A stretch of 64,000 nt of DNA from a bacterium (GTDB taxonomy: Bacteria; Patescibacteriota; Patescibacteriia; 2-12-FULL-60-25). Below are positions 18,276 to 28,596 of the stretch, one piece after another. The stretch covers positions 246,625 through 310,624 of the forward strand of contig JAJYXM010000016.1 in NCBI GenBank assembly GCA_021796435.1, given 5' to 3'. The notes under the pieces were generated by a model, which was not told the origin of the DNA, did no database searches, and worked only from the letters and a program-made list of their open reading frames with translations. A program made the position numbers and the translations under genes. The first letter of the stretch is position 1, and the number at the start of each line of letters is the position of its first letter.

Positions 18276-18860
18276 ATGGTGAACCAAAGCGGCACAGAAC
18301 TCATCAACCCATTCAAGCTGCTGGAGCGCGTGGGGATCAGGCAGGGTAATCGTGTCGCCGATTTGGGTTGCGGTTCCTTGGGACATTTCGTATTCCCGGC
18401 CGCGCAGCTCGTCGGAGCCCAGGGCGCAGTATATGCCGTCGATGTCCAAAGGAGCGTGTTGGACCAGATCGAACGCAGAGCCAAAGATCAACAGTTCTGG
18501 AACGTCTTCCCTGTCTGGTCAGATATCGATGTCTTCGGTGCTACGCGGATCGATGAAGGGTCATTGGACCTTACGTTGCTGATCAATAACCTTTACCTTT
18601 CCCAGAACAGACCACAGCTTCTGCGCGAGATGGCGCGACTGGCGCGGCCTGGCAGCCGCATCGTGGTGGTGGAGTGGAAAACCACGGCGAGCCCTCTTGG
18701 TCCTGCGCCTGACAAGCGGATAGATGCCGAAGAAGCGAAAAAAGTACTTGAGTCGCCTTTGATCGAATATCACGACAGTTTCGAAGCAGGGCCCTACCAT
18801 TACGGATTGATATATTACAGGACGGATAAGCAATTAGAGGATTCAGCTCCGTCGTCCTAG
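18276..18860 (+). CDS. Class I SAM-dependent methyltransferase
   Basis: Motif I VADLGCGSLG, acidic motif II (AVYAVDV). Confidence 0.65.
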   Translation: MVNQSGTELINPFKLLERVGIRQGNRVADLGCGSLGHFVFPAAQLVGAQGAVYAVDVQRSVLDQIERRAKDQQFWNVFPVWSDIDVFGATRIDEGSLDLTLLINNLYLSQNRPQLLREMARLARPGSRIVVVEWKTTASPLGPAPDKRIDAEEAKKVLESPLIEYHDSFEAGPYHYGLIYYRTDKQLEDSAPSS

Positions 18861-18964
18861 GCAGAAGGTTTGATTTTCGGTTTCCGATAAAAAACAGAAA
18901 CGACGGAAGAAGCCGGCAGTGCTTGCCTATTGGTTGTTTTTCTGGCAGTCTTTGGGGCAAATAT

Positions 18965-19375
18965 ATGCAGCTACCTCCACCACTTACGTTACGCTATTGG
19001 TTCGCCTTAAGCCCGACGCCTTTCATGTTTTGGGTCGATATCGCGCTGTGGGTGTTTTTCGGATTGCTGTTCGTCGCCGGTATCGCGGCTTATTTCGTAA
19101 AAGGTAAATCGAAACAGGATAAGCTCGTGAAGCGCGCCATAGGTCGCTTGGGTAATCTTGCGGTGACCATGTCTTTGGTCGGACTCCTGTTGCAGTTCTT
19201 CACTTTCGAACGCATCAACGTCTTGTCGATGCGGGTGTTGTATATCTTCTGGCTTATCGGTGTAGGCATTTGGTTCTGGACGATCTATCGTTATTGGTCA
19301 GTTGAAATACCGAAGATCAGGCAGAAGCGTCTGGCAGAAGAGAGCATCAATAAGTGGTTACCGAAGAAGAAATAA
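18965..19375 (+). CDS. Multi-TM membrane protein
   Basis: 3-4 hydrophobic helices; ORF may start at 18923. Confidence 0.4.
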   Translation: MQLPPPLTLRYWFALSPTPFMFWVDIALWVFFGLLFVAGIAAYFVKGKSKQDKLVKRAIGRLGNLAVTMSLVGLLLQFFTFERINVLSMRVLYIFWLIGVGIWFWTIYRYWSVEIPKIRQKRLAEESINKWLPKKK

Positions 19376-19399
19376 CGATCGGTAATCAAGGCTCGGGGG

Positions 19400-19756
19400 A
19401 TGGACAAACGAAGGGTTTTCGGGAATCGCGGCGAGGATCTTGCCGCGTCCTTTTTTGTCTCGCGCGGATTCAGGGTCGTAGCGCGCAACTGGAGTTGCCG
19501 ATTGGGTGAGATAGACCTGATCGCCGAAAAAGAGGGTAAGCTGCATTTCGTCGAGATCAAGACGAGGCATAGCCTGGATTTCGGCTATCCCGAAGAGGCG
19601 ATAACACCCACCAAACTTAAACATCTGGCGCGTGCCATTGAGACTTATCTTCGAGATAAAGCCGTTGAAGACGTCGAATATCAAGTTGATGCTTTGGCGA
19701 TTCTTGTTTTGCCTGGAGAAAGGCCTAATCTGAGGTTGATCGAGAACATACTTTAA
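19400..19756 (+). CDS. yraN: YraN-family (UPF0102) endonuclease
   Basis: GEDLAASFFVSRGFRVVARNWSCRLGEIDLIAEKEGKLHFVEIKTR matches the UPF0102 signature. Confidence 0.7.
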   Translation: MDKRRVFGNRGEDLAASFFVSRGFRVVARNWSCRLGEIDLIAEKEGKLHFVEIKTRHSLDFGYPEEAITPTKLKHLARAIETYLRDKAVEDVEYQVDALAILVLPGERPNLRLIENIL

Positions 19757-19823
19757 GTGCCTTTGACGCTGTCCGTGAACTGTGGTTATTTTACGGACGG
19801 GTCTTTCGACGGAGGAGCTGTCC

Positions 19824-20330
19824 ATGAAGAAGAGATGTTTGGCATGCCAGTTGAACGCAGGCGAGGTCGTGGCACCAGGCGGGGTGCTCTACAGCGACGA
19901 CCACTGGAGCGTGGATCACGCCTTGAATCCTGGCGACGCGACCTTTTCCCCGCTCAAGGGGCACATGATCGTCCGCGCCAGGAGGCACGTGAAGCATGTG
20001 TACTTGATAACGGCGGAAGAGTCTGTGACGCTCGGCCTCCTGCTGCGTGACGTGGCGGAGGCTGTGGCGCGGGCCATGAATCCTCAGCGGGTGTACGTCT
20101 GTTCGATCGGCGAAGCAATCGAGCATCTGCATTGGCACGTGATTCCGCGCTACCAAGGGATGCCGGCCAATCCGGCGGATATCCTGAACGGCATCTTCCG
20201 GATGAGTCCGTGGCCCTGCCCGACGGCATATGCTGTTGCGGCGGCCGAACAGATCAAGGAGTTCCTTGATCAGTTGATTGCCGCTCGTGAGCAGAATCTG
20301 CGGACCATGCAGCATCCGGCGTGGAGGTAA
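19824..20330 (+). CDS. HIT-family (histidine triad) nucleotide hydrolase
   Basis: HLHWHVIPR histidine triad; RBS GGAGGAG. Confidence 0.7.
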   Translation: MKKRCLACQLNAGEVVAPGGVLYSDDHWSVDHALNPGDATFSPLKGHMIVRARRHVKHVYLITAEESVTLGLLLRDVAEAVARAMNPQRVYVCSIGEAIEHLHWHVIPRYQGMPANPADILNGIFRMSPWPCPTAYAVAAAEQIKEFLDQLIAAREQNLRTMQHPAWR

Positions 20331-20469
20331 GGATGGCAGCCATTTGGTGCTTCGGTTCATCCGTCCTGATCCTTTTCATCTTCTGGGTCGTCGCAGTGAT
20401 CTGGAGGGTGTTGGGGGATAGGGACATGAAACCTCCTGGTTAGGCTTGACAGGATCGGCTAGACGTGCT

Positions 20470-20486
20470 TGAATGCTAAGCATTCA
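20470..20486. promoter_or_regulatory. Perfect palindrome TGAATGCT-A-AGCATTCA (operator-like) overlapping a TTGACA -35-like hexamer
   Basis: 8-bp arms, in an intergenic GC-rich region. Confidence 0.35.
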
Positions 20487-20581
20487 GCACGCCGCCCCGC
20501 AGAGGGCACCGTCACTTCGGTGGCGGGAAAGAAAAACGCAGAGAAAAAAGGAGAGCGACGTCATGCCGAAGGAGAAGAGCA

Positions 20582-20940
20582 ACTATGGGTAGCGTCCGTT
20601 TGCTGAGCGATCATATCTGTAAGCTGACGACGGCGCGCCACGACAACCGCAGTTCGACATCGACCATGTTCCTCACCGGCGCCGGCGACTACGCGCTGCA
20701 CGAGGACCAGTTCACGGGCTCCGAGCTCGCGAGCTGAACGGGAACAACGAGGCCACGATGGCCACGATCGACGACTTCGGGTAGCTGACTTCGACACTTG
20801 CTCAGCGTCAGTCGGCGGACGACACTACGCCGCGCCGCTGAGCAGCACGCGAACCCTTCCTGAATTCTGCAACTGAGCGCGACGCACCAACGCGACAACA
20901 CCGCGTCGCGCGCCTCCACATCGGTCCAAGTCTCGGACCA
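20582..20940 (+). pseudogene. GC3-rich coding-like fragments broken by frameshifts and stops (possible decayed foreign gene)
   Basis: 51-codon ORF with high-GC third positions followed by successive short GC3-biased frames; roughly 65% GC over 20560-20990. Confidence 0.25.
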
Positions 20941-21219
20941 AGAAGCCCCGGGTACAAGCTGTACACCGGGGCCTTCCAATTATAAAAAAGTTTTCGCCCC
21001 ATGCCGGCATGCGACCGAGCCGTAGGAAACACCCGTCGAAAGCGAGCGTAAACGCCGAACGTCAAGCGCAGCGTATAGTGAGGCGGAGTGAGTCTCGATG
21101 GATTTTCCCGGCGAGTGGAGTCTAGCCGGCGCTTTTGGCGCCACCTTTACTAAAAAGGTGGCAAGAAAAAAGGGATGACGGTTTCTGGATCCCGGATCAA
21201 GTCCGGGATGACAGAATAG

Positions 21220-22236
21220 TTAAATTATCAGCATCGCGTCGCCGAATGAGTAGAACCTGTAACCTTTAGCGATCGCTTCTTTGTATGCAGTCAGAACGGT
21301 ACGACGGCCCCAGTCTGCATCATCATTATGTTCACCGACGAAGGATGAGACGAGCACGATGAGCGTGGATTTAGGTAAATGGAAATTCGTGATCAAGCCA
21401 TCGACGGTCTTGAATCTGTAACCCGGAGTTATGAAGAGTTTAGTGAAGCCGTGTGTGATGCCTGATTCTAGGGCGCGTACGGTCGTCGTGCCGACGGAGA
21501 TGACGCGGCCACCCTTATGTTTGGTCTGTCTTATCGCTTCGAGGGTTTCCGTGGGTATATCCAGCCATTCTTCGTGCATCTCATGTTCCTCCAGTGTCTC
21601 GGTCTTCATCGGCCTGAACGTGCCGAGTCCGACATGCAGGATGACTTCGGCGAATCCGATGCCTTGTGATTTGAGTTTTTCCATCAGCTCCGGGGTGAAG
21701 TGGAAGCCAGCCGTCGGGGCGGCGACTGAACCTATCTCTTTGGCATAAACGGTCTGATAATCGGCGGCGTCAGAAACTTTTTTTTCGACATATGGCGGCG
21801 TCGGGACTTCACCTATCTTGTCGGTCAGGGCGAGGACTTCTTCCGGAGTCTTCCTGAAGTCCAGAAGAACCGTCCCATCATCTTTTTTCCCGATTACGTC
21901 GCAAGCAGAACCATCGGCGAATTTGACGGTCGAACCTACCTTTAACTTGCGTCCGGGTTTGGCGAGCGCTACCCAATAGTCACCATCCGGTCGTAGGAGG
22001 AATATCTCGACGTCTGATGGGTCTTGGGTAAGCAGACGGGCTTTGAAGACTTTGCTACGGTTCACGACCAGAAGATCTCCAGGACGGAGATAGTCGCCGA
22101 TATCATAAAAATGCTGATGTTTCAGCGCGCCGGTGTCACGCTCAAGTACGAGCAACTTGGAGTGGTCGCGAGGGCGTACGGGTTCTTGGGCAATGCTTTC
22201 GGGTGGCAGGATATAGTCGAAGTCAGCGGTTTTCAT
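21220..22236 (-). CDS. queA: S-adenosylmethionine:tRNA ribosyltransferase-isomerase
   Basis: MKTADFDYILPPE N-terminus, AAPTAGFHFT, VGTTTVRALES, NFHLPKSTL motifs align with QueA; the listed ORF has an N-terminal extension. Confidence 0.85.
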   Translation of the reverse strand: MKTADFDYILPPESIAQEPVRPRDHSKLLVLERDTGALKHQHFYDIGDYLRPGDLLVVNRSKVFKARLLTQDPSDVEIFLLRPDGDYWVALAKPGRKLKVGSTVKFADGSACDVIGKKDDGTVLLDFRKTPEEVLALTDKIGEVPTPPYVEKKVSDAADYQTVYAKEIGSVAAPTAGFHFTPELMEKLKSQGIGFAEVILHVGLGTFRPMKTETLEEHEMHEEWLDIPTETLEAIRQTKHKGGRVISVGTTTVRALESGITHGFTKLFITPGYRFKTVDGLITNFHLPKSTLIVLVSSFVGEHNDDADWGRRTVLTAYKEAIAKGYRFYSFGDAMLII

Positions 22237-22339
22237 GCTGCGTAGATTGCCATGCCTTGCGTTTCCGGGCAATAATCGGCCATCAGGAGCGATGAGACTT
22301 GCCAAAATATCAGACATTTGATATATTCTCGCCACTAAT

Positions 22340-22651
22340 ATGAAGGCGGCAATCCATCCAAAATACTATCCGAAAGCGAAGATCGTGTGTGCTTGCGGTA
22401 ACGAAATGACCGTCGGTTCGACGATCGAAGAGATCCACGTGGAGCTTTGTTCCAAGTGCCATCCTTTCTATACAGGAAAACAGAAGTTGATCGACACCGC
22501 GCGTCGCGTCGAGAAGTTCGCAGAACGCCAGCAGGCCAAGGACGAAAAAGGCGCGAAGACGACCGGCAAGAAGGCGAAGACCGTCAAGCGCGCCGCACAG
22601 AAGGAAGCCAAGAAAGCGCAGAAGAATCCTTCGCAACTTTCAGAAGCTTAG
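22340..22651 (+). CDS. rpmE: Ribosomal protein L31 with Lys-rich C-terminal extension
   Basis: [10 protein letters not shown]...VCACGNEM...[10 protein letters not shown] zinc-ribbon L31 signature. Confidence 0.85.
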   Translation: MKAAIHPKYYPKAKIVCACGNEMTVGSTIEEIHVELCSKCHPFYTGKQKLIDTARRVEKFAERQQAKDEKGAKTTGKKAKTVKRAAQKEAKKAQKNPSQLSEA

Positions 22652-22744
22652 ATATCAAAGACAGAACCGCCGTTACAAGATGGCGGTTTTGTAATAGCCG
22701 AAGCTTGAAGAAGCCAGTACGTGGTACGATGTAAGCGAAAACAT

Positions 22745-23812
22745 ATGCCTGATCTTAAGAAAGCCGCACTGGAAGTGCGCGAAAAACTCAAGAAGCTGGA
22801 AGACGATCTGGGTCGACCGGAGACGATCGCGGACCAAAAGAAGTTCCGTGATCTTTCGCGTGCTTATGACCAAGCGCAACGGGTCGTCGCGGCAGCGGAT
22901 GAGTATGCTGCAGCCGAACGGGCGATGCAGGATTTGCGCGTGGCATTAGCGTCGGACGAGACCGACCTCAAAGAGTTGGCGCAACTCGAGTTGCCGCAGG
23001 CCGAAAAAAGGCTGGCTGATGCGACGGCAGCTTTCGAAATCGCGCTTGTCCCGCCAGAGCCGCACGACGAGAATGACGTGATCATCGAGATACGAGCCGG
23101 AACGGGTGGAGAAGAGGCAGCCTTATTCGCGGCGGATCTTTTCCGCATGTATACGCGCTATGCCGAACGGAAAGGCTGGAAAGCTGCGCTGATCTCGGAA
23201 TCGCAAGCGGAACAGGGCGGATTCAAGGAAGTCGTCTTCGGCATCAAAGGCAAGGGGGCGTATGGCCAGTTCAAGTTCGAATCAGGCGTGCATCGCGTGC
23301 AGCGCATCCCGACGACCGAGAAAGCCGGGCGCATCCATACCTCGACCGCGACCGTCGCGGTCTTGCCGGAAATCGAGGAAACCGAAGTCGTGATCAACAA
23401 CAAGGATCTGCGTATCGATACTTTCTGCGCCGGAGGCAAAGGCGGACAGTCGGTGAATACGACATATTCGGCCGTACGCATTACGCATATGCCGTCGGGC
23501 ATCGTGGTGAGCTGCCAAGATGAGCGTTCGCAGCTGCAGAACCGGGAGCGCGCGATGACGATCTTGCGAGCGCGCTTGTGGGAGTTGGAGGAAGAGAAGA
23601 AGCATAGCGAATTGGATGCGGAACGCCGTTCGCAGATCGGACATGGCGACCGTTCAGAAAAGATCAGGACCTATAACTATCCGCAGGACCGTATCACCGA
23701 CCATCGCATCAAACATTCTTGGCATAGCATCCAGAACATCCTGGAGGGGGACATGGATGACATGGTGACCGCGCTTAAGAGCGGAAAGCAGGGTGAAGAC
23801 GAGGAAGATTGA
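22745..23812 (+). CDS. prfA: Peptide chain release factor 1
   Basis: GGQ motif ([11 protein letters not shown]), P(A/T)T tripeptide region, conserved L31-RF1 synteny. Confidence 0.85.
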   Translation: MPDLKKAALEVREKLKKLEDDLGRPETIADQKKFRDLSRAYDQAQRVVAAADEYAAAERAMQDLRVALASDETDLKELAQLELPQAEKRLADATAAFEIALVPPEPHDENDVIIEIRAGTGGEEAALFAADLFRMYTRYAERKGWKAALISESQAEQGGFKEVVFGIKGKGAYGQFKFESGVHRVQRIPTTEKAGRIHTSTATVAVLPEIEETEVVINNKDLRIDTFCAGGKGGQSVNTTYSAVRITHMPSGIVVSCQDERSQLQNRERAMTILRARLWELEEEKKHSELDAERRSQIGHGDRSEKIRTYNYPQDRITDHRIKHSWHSIQNILEGDMDDMVTALKSGKQGEDEED

Positions 23813-23870
23813 CAGTAAGTCGTGAAGCTGGGTTAATATACCCACGGTTCTTTTTCGTGCGGAGGTCCGG

Positions 23871-24110
23871 ATGACGCAGCTGACGATCGTGGTCTATTTC
23901 AAGAACGGCGTTTACACTGCAGCGAACATCTTGGGCGTACGTCCCAATATGAGGTTCGAGGGCGAGGTGTTCGCGATGAGCATCGAGCTGGGTGGTGGCT
24001 TGGCCACAACCCTCAACCGGCGCGAGCTGGAACGACGCGTAAGGCAAGAGGCACGACGTCGCCGTATCTCTTTCGTCAAAGGGCTGGACGAGCCGAATCC
24101 GGCCGGATGA
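23871..24110 (+). CDS. Small hypothetical protein
   Basis: 79-aa ORF; weak support. Confidence 0.3.
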   Translation: MTQLTIVVYFKNGVYTAANILGVRPNMRFEGEVFAMSIELGGGLATTLNRRELERRVRQEARRRRISFVKGLDEPNPAG

Positions 24111-24287
24111 AAGGGCAAAATGGTGAAAACATGGAGAATATCTTCTTTAAGAGAGCTGTAATAGGCTCTCTTAGTTTTTTATCTAAATTTAGGTCAGGGG
24201 TTGACATTTTGTGTAATTTATGGTGTTATGTCTCGTTATCCAAGGTGGGTAACGTCTGTTCGTTTCTCAAGCAAGAGAGAGGTTGCC

Positions 24288-24959
24288 ATGCGCAAGCCGA
24301 TTCTTTTCGTGACGATGCTTTCGATTCTGGCCGCAGCGTGCGGCGATGCCTCCAACGGCGAGCCGGTCAATCAGGCTCCAAGCGAGGATGCTGGCGCCGA
24401 GGCGGCGACTGACGCAGCGCCCCAGAAGGATGCGGCAGTCGAAGCCAAGGCCGACGCAGCGTCCGACAAGGATGCCGGAGTCGAGGCTGCTGCCGACGAT
24501 GCGGCGGAAGACGCAGCGCCGACGGGGTTCTGCGACGACGTCGAGGAAGGCCATGTGGCCATCCTCTTCGTGGCGCCGCAGCCGCGTGGCGACGGCTTCC
24601 TGGCAGCTGCGGCCTGGGTGAACTACCCGCCGTACGCCGCAAGGCCGGACGTCAGCTGGACTAACCCGTTTCCGGGTTGCGTCGCCGACTACGCGACCGA
24701 TCAGGAAGTCCTGTGCGACTTCGGACCGGCCTTCCAAGGAATGTCGATCAGCACCATTTTTGGCCTCAACGACGGGTCGCCCACGAGCGCGATCACCAGC
24801 TACTTCAGCTGGAACGGTACGGACGGCGACCACGTGGTCGGCGAGGCCTACGCCTGCGACGGTCACATGGTCGTCGGGACCATGAAGGACGGGACGTACG
24901 ATGGACTGCTCAAGTCCGATCCGAACGCTCCGCTCAACATGCTGCTCACGGTCCAGTAG
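24288..24959 (+). CDS. Lipoprotein with Asp/Ala-rich acidic linker (paralog family A)
   Basis: RBS GAGAGAGG; signal peptide plus lipobox (LAAACG); DAAPQKDAAVEAKADAASDKDAGVEAAADDAAEDAAP repeats; C-terminal domain ending LLTVQ. Confidence 0.6.
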   Translation: MRKPILFVTMLSILAAACGDASNGEPVNQAPSEDAGAEAATDAAPQKDAAVEAKADAASDKDAGVEAAADDAAEDAAPTGFCDDVEEGHVAILFVAPQPRGDGFLAAAAWVNYPPYAARPDVSWTNPFPGCVADYATDQEVLCDFGPAFQGMSISTIFGLNDGSPTSAITSYFSWNGTDGDHVVGEAYACDGHMVVGTMKDGTYDGLLKSDPNAPLNMLLTVQ

Positions 24960-25022
24960 GGCCATCAACTCGCCCCCGTGCCGTGGTAACATGGCCGGGG
25001 GCGCTCAAGTACCTGGGAGGTT

Positions 25023-25880
25023 ATGATGAGAATGTGGTTTTTGGTTCTCGCCGGCTTGATGCTGGCGCTGGTCGGTTGCGGTGGTGCAGAGTTCTCGGTA
25101 GCGGGATCGCCGGAAGACACGGCTCCTGGAGACGCGGCAGTGCCGGACGGAAAGGAAGCTGCTGTCGAGGTTGGCGACGAGAAGCTGCCTGAAGCCTCTC
25201 CTGAAGCTGACGCTGCCGATGCGCCAATCGATGTCGCGGAAGACGTGGCACAGGACGTCGTGACAGAGGCTGATGCAGCCGCGGAAGACGTAGTATCTGA
25301 AGCGGAAGCCTCTCCCGAAGCTGACGCTACTGATGCTCCAATCGATGTCGCAGAAGACGTGGCACAGGACGTGCACGAAGCCGGAGATGCGGCGACGGAT
25401 GCTCCGGTCGATACGGGCCTCCTGCCGCCTTGCGGAATCGTGCCGCAGCAAGGCTGGTGGATCTGCTACAAGCTGGATCACCAGTCTCAGCCGCTCGCGT
25501 TCGTGGGTTTGTCCGGAGGTATCGTGCCTTCCGGCCAGAGCATCGAGAACTATTGGAGCTCGCCGTTGATCGGCGCCGCGAACACCAAGTGCATCGCGCC
25601 CTCCAATCTTCTCGACTACGTGCTGTGCCCGCTCGGGAACCTGGAGAACGTCGGTTACGTCCAGTTCACGGCAGGGCTGCATCCCAACACGACTGATGGT
25701 TTCATCGCCGGTACCTTGAGCTGCGGTCTTGAGCCTGACAGCTGTTCGGGCGAAGCATACGTCTACCACGACGGAAGCCAAGCGGGCAGCATGCAGAACG
25801 GGCAGACCAACGGAGTACTGGGTACGATCCAGCACTTCACACCTCCGGGCAGATACGACCTCTATTTCTCGGTCCAGTAG
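25023..25880 (+). CDS. Lipoprotein with Asp/Ala-rich acidic linker (paralog family A)
   Basis: RBS GGGAGG; signal plus lipobox (LVGCGG); EASPEADA(A/T)DAPIDVAEDVAQDV tandem repeats; C-terminal domain ending YFSVQ. Confidence 0.6.
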   Translation: MMRMWFLVLAGLMLALVGCGGAEFSVAGSPEDTAPGDAAVPDGKEAAVEVGDEKLPEASPEADAADAPIDVAEDVAQDVVTEADAAAEDVVSEAEASPEADATDAPIDVAEDVAQDVHEAGDAATDAPVDTGLLPPCGIVPQQGWWICYKLDHQSQPLAFVGLSGGIVPSGQSIENYWSSPLIGAANTKCIAPSNLLDYVLCPLGNLENVGYVQFTAGLHPNTTDGFIAGTLSCGLEPDSCSGEAYVYHDGSQAGSMQNGQTNGVLGTIQHFTPPGRYDLYFSVQ

Positions 25881-26089
25881 CCCGGCTGGACCTCTCAAAC
25901 GCGACCCCATGCCGTTCAGGTGTGGGGTCTTGCAATTTTAAAGGGTTTTTGCTAAATTACGCACACCCTAAAACGGGTTTGATAACTTATTCATCTCTCA
26001 TCCGCGGCAAAGGTTTTCGGAGGCCTGTCCATCGTACCGTTCGATGGATTCCGGGAATCTGCGGAGAGGCAAAAGGCTAATAGATAATT

Positions 26090-26842
26090 ATGTCCAAACT
26101 TCCTGAGCTTGAGGAACTTCTTCAAGCCGGTGTCCATTTCGGACACCAAACATCCAAGTGGCATCCTAAGATGAAGAAATTCCTCTTCGGGAGCCGCCAG
26201 GGGATCCACGTGATCGACCTGGAAGAAACACGCAAAGCGCTGGAGACGGCCTTGGCGTTCGCAAAATCAGTCACGCAGCGAGGCGGTATCGTATTGTTCG
26301 TCGGAACGAAACGTCAGGCTGCGGGCATCATCCGCGAAGCGGCGATGTCTTGCGGCATGCCGTTCGTAGACAAGCGTTGGTTGGGCGGTACTTTGACCAA
26401 TTTCTCGGTCATCGCCCAGCGTATCCGCATGTTCAAGGACCTGAAACGCAAGCAAGAGAAAGGCGAATTGGTGAAGTACACAAAGTTCGAACAGGTCAAA
26501 TTCGGCGAGAAGATCGAGAAGCTCGAAGAGAGCCTGGGCGGCATGCAGGATATGGCGCGCATCCCGGAAGCGGTCTTTATCCAAGACGTACGTAAGGATA
26601 AGACGGCACTCGACGAGGCCAGACGCCGCGGCGTGAAGATCATCGCCATGTGCGATTCCAACGTCAATCCGATGAATCTGGATTATCCCATCCCGGCCAA
26701 TGACGATGCCGTCAAATCCATAGAGATCATAACCAAGTTGGTGGCTGCCGCCTGTAAAGAAGGTCACGACGAGTGGGAAAGAGGCCGTGCCCGTTTGGGC
26801 GGCGCTTTGGTCCAGAAGAACGAGACCAAGTCTAGTTTCTAA
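26090..26842 (+). CDS. rpsB: Ribosomal protein S2
   Basis: LLQAGVHFGHQTSKWHPKM... Confidence 0.9.
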   Translation: MSKLPELEELLQAGVHFGHQTSKWHPKMKKFLFGSRQGIHVIDLEETRKALETALAFAKSVTQRGGIVLFVGTKRQAAGIIREAAMSCGMPFVDKRWLGGTLTNFSVIAQRIRMFKDLKRKQEKGELVKYTKFEQVKFGEKIEKLEESLGGMQDMARIPEAVFIQDVRKDKTALDEARRRGVKIIAMCDSNVNPMNLDYPIPANDDAVKSIEIITKLVAAACKEGHDEWERGRARLGGALVQKNETKSSF

Positions 26843-26914
26843 AAAATTTAATGTACTTTCGGCGGTATGCCGAGGCGCGCTGATAGCGCGTCAGGCAATC
26901 GCCTGCAGAAAAAT

Positions 26915-27523
26915 ATGGCAGACGCAAAACAAGTCATGGAATTACGGAACCGCACAGGGGCCGGCATGATAGATTGCAAAGTCGCTTTGGATGAAGCTGG
27001 CGGCGACATGGAGAAAGCAATCGAGATATTACGCAAAAAAGGCGCAGCGAAAGCGGCCAAGAAATCAGCAGAACGTACTGCTTCAGAAGGCATCCTCGCG
27101 ACCTATCTGCATCACAACCGTCGCTTGGCCTCAATCGTCGAGATCCAGTGTGAGACGGATTTCGTGGCGCGAAACGAGGATTTCGTGAATTTCGCCAATG
27201 ATATCGCGATGCAGGTCGCGGCGATGAATCCGGAATATGTCTCACCCGAGACCGTGCCGGCAGAGGAATTGGAGAAACAACGGGCTTTCTTCACGGAACA
27301 GATGGCAAGCGAGAATAAACCGGATGATATCAAGGCAAAGATTGTCGAAGGCAAGATAAACAAATGGTATGCCGATGTCTGCCTGACGAAACAAGGATTC
27401 TTCAAGGAGGAAGAAAAGACGATCGAACAGATGCTGACCGAACTCATCGCCAAGACCGGCGAGAAAGTGGTAATCTCGCGTTTCGTGCGTTTTGAGATGA
27501 CCCAGGGACCGAAGACCTGTTGA
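26915..27523 (+). CDS. tsf: Elongation factor Ts
   Basis: VMELRNRTGAGMIDCKVALDEAGGDMEKAIEILRKKG UBA-like N-terminus; rpsB-tsf synteny. Confidence 0.85.
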   Translation: MADAKQVMELRNRTGAGMIDCKVALDEAGGDMEKAIEILRKKGAAKAAKKSAERTASEGILATYLHHNRRLASIVEIQCETDFVARNEDFVNFANDIAMQVAAMNPEYVSPETVPAEELEKQRAFFTEQMASENKPDDIKAKIVEGKINKWYADVCLTKQGFFKEEEKTIEQMLTELIAKTGEKVVISRFVRFEMTQGPKTC

Positions 27524-27636
27524 GGATCGATAAGATAAAAGAGATCGCCTCGGTTAATGCCGGGGCGATTTTGTATTGACAAGGCCGTGGGTAAAGCTTA
27601 ACGTCTTTGACGCACTTTGAGTTGGAGGAGGTGAAC

Positions 27637-28596
27637 GTGACAGAGCCAAAAGACAGCGAAGTCCTCGGCCTTTCCGATGTCGTGGATACCGAAGGGGATG
27701 CACAACCACAGGTAGGCGGAGCGCAGTCTGTCGTCGAGCGGCCTGTGGTCGTGAATGATGCAGACCTTCTCTGGTCGAAAAGAGCAGGTAGCATCTTGGA
27801 GCCGGAAACAGGGTTCAGCCCGCAGACGCTGCATGGCGTGAAGTCGGAGCTCAACACGCACGGAATCAAAAGCGCCGTGCTCGCGCATTACAAATTCGTA
27901 CGTGAAAAGGCTGCGGCTATCGGTCACGTAGAGGCTAAGAGCCAGCTCGTCAAAGAAATGGCGCAAGAAGCGCTTGAGCTGACGGCGCGCATGTGCGCTC
28001 CGTTGGGGCGCGAGGTCTGCGCAAACGTCTGCCCCGTGCCGTTCTCCGAAATGGAGATTTTGGCCTATCAGGAGATGGCACGACGTGCCGGCTATGGCGG
28101 GAAGGGCTTGTTGCGTTGGATCCCTAACGGGATCTATTGGCACGACCTCAAGAAGCTGTCGGTGGACATACGGTTTTCCGATTCGGTTCATGCGCGCCAT
28201 AGGTTTTACCCTCAGCTGCCGACGAATGCTCCTTTCAACGACGACCTGGGCGTCCTGGACGGATATTGGTGCTTACATATGCCGCGGGCCTTTTTCCCCA
28301 GCCTTAAGAAGACGGCAGGGGAGCAGGACTGTGTAATGAACCAGATCGCGGAGTATCTGGAGATCGAACCTTCATTCTTCGCCGTCGGCGATGCGACTGA
28401 TCTGATGTTCGTCTTGGCTCTCGCGGTCTTCGCCGGAGACGTGCATGACGACCATGACCAAGCCGTGAGGACGTACACTGCGGTGGGGTCGGAAGGGCAC
28501 GCAGCTATCGATTTCAACCGTAGTTGCCTCGAATTCACCCTTTATCCCGACGGGTTGCGAGCGCCCTACCTGGGGATCGCCCCCATGCTTCTTTGA
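27637..28596 (+). CDS. Hypothetical protein, GC-rich
   Basis: RBS GGAGGAGG then GTG at 27637; no recognisable domain. Confidence 0.5.
   Translation: MTEPKDSEVLGLSDVVDTEGDAQPQVGGAQSVVERPVVVNDADLLWSKRAGSILEPETGFSPQTLHGVKSELNTHGIKSAVLAHYKFVREKAAAIGHVEAKSQLVKEMAQEALELTARMCAPLGREVCANVCPVPFSEMEILAYQEMARRAGYGGKGLLRWIPNGIYWHDLKKLSVDIRFSDSVHARHRFYPQLPTNAPFNDDLGVLDGYWCLHMPRAFFPSLKKTAGEQDCVMNQIAEYLEIEPSFFAVGDATDLMFVLALAVFAGDVHDDHDQAVRTYTAVGSEGHAAIDFNRSCLEFTLYPDGLRAPYLGIAPMLL

Noticed and set aside
20340-21220. tmRNA or RNase P RNA in the GC-rich intergenic block
   Set aside because: No tRNA-like T-arm and CCA end, no GGAAAGUCCGG P4 core, and the candidate tag reading frame does not end in a typical ...YALAA-type tag
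24267-24992. 241-aa ORF antisense to the DA-rich lipoprotein gene, and similar antisense ORFs at 9049-9705 and 25005-25910
   Set aside because: Mirror frames of repeat-rich GC-biased coding sequence; the sense strands have signal peptides, lipoboxes and RBSs
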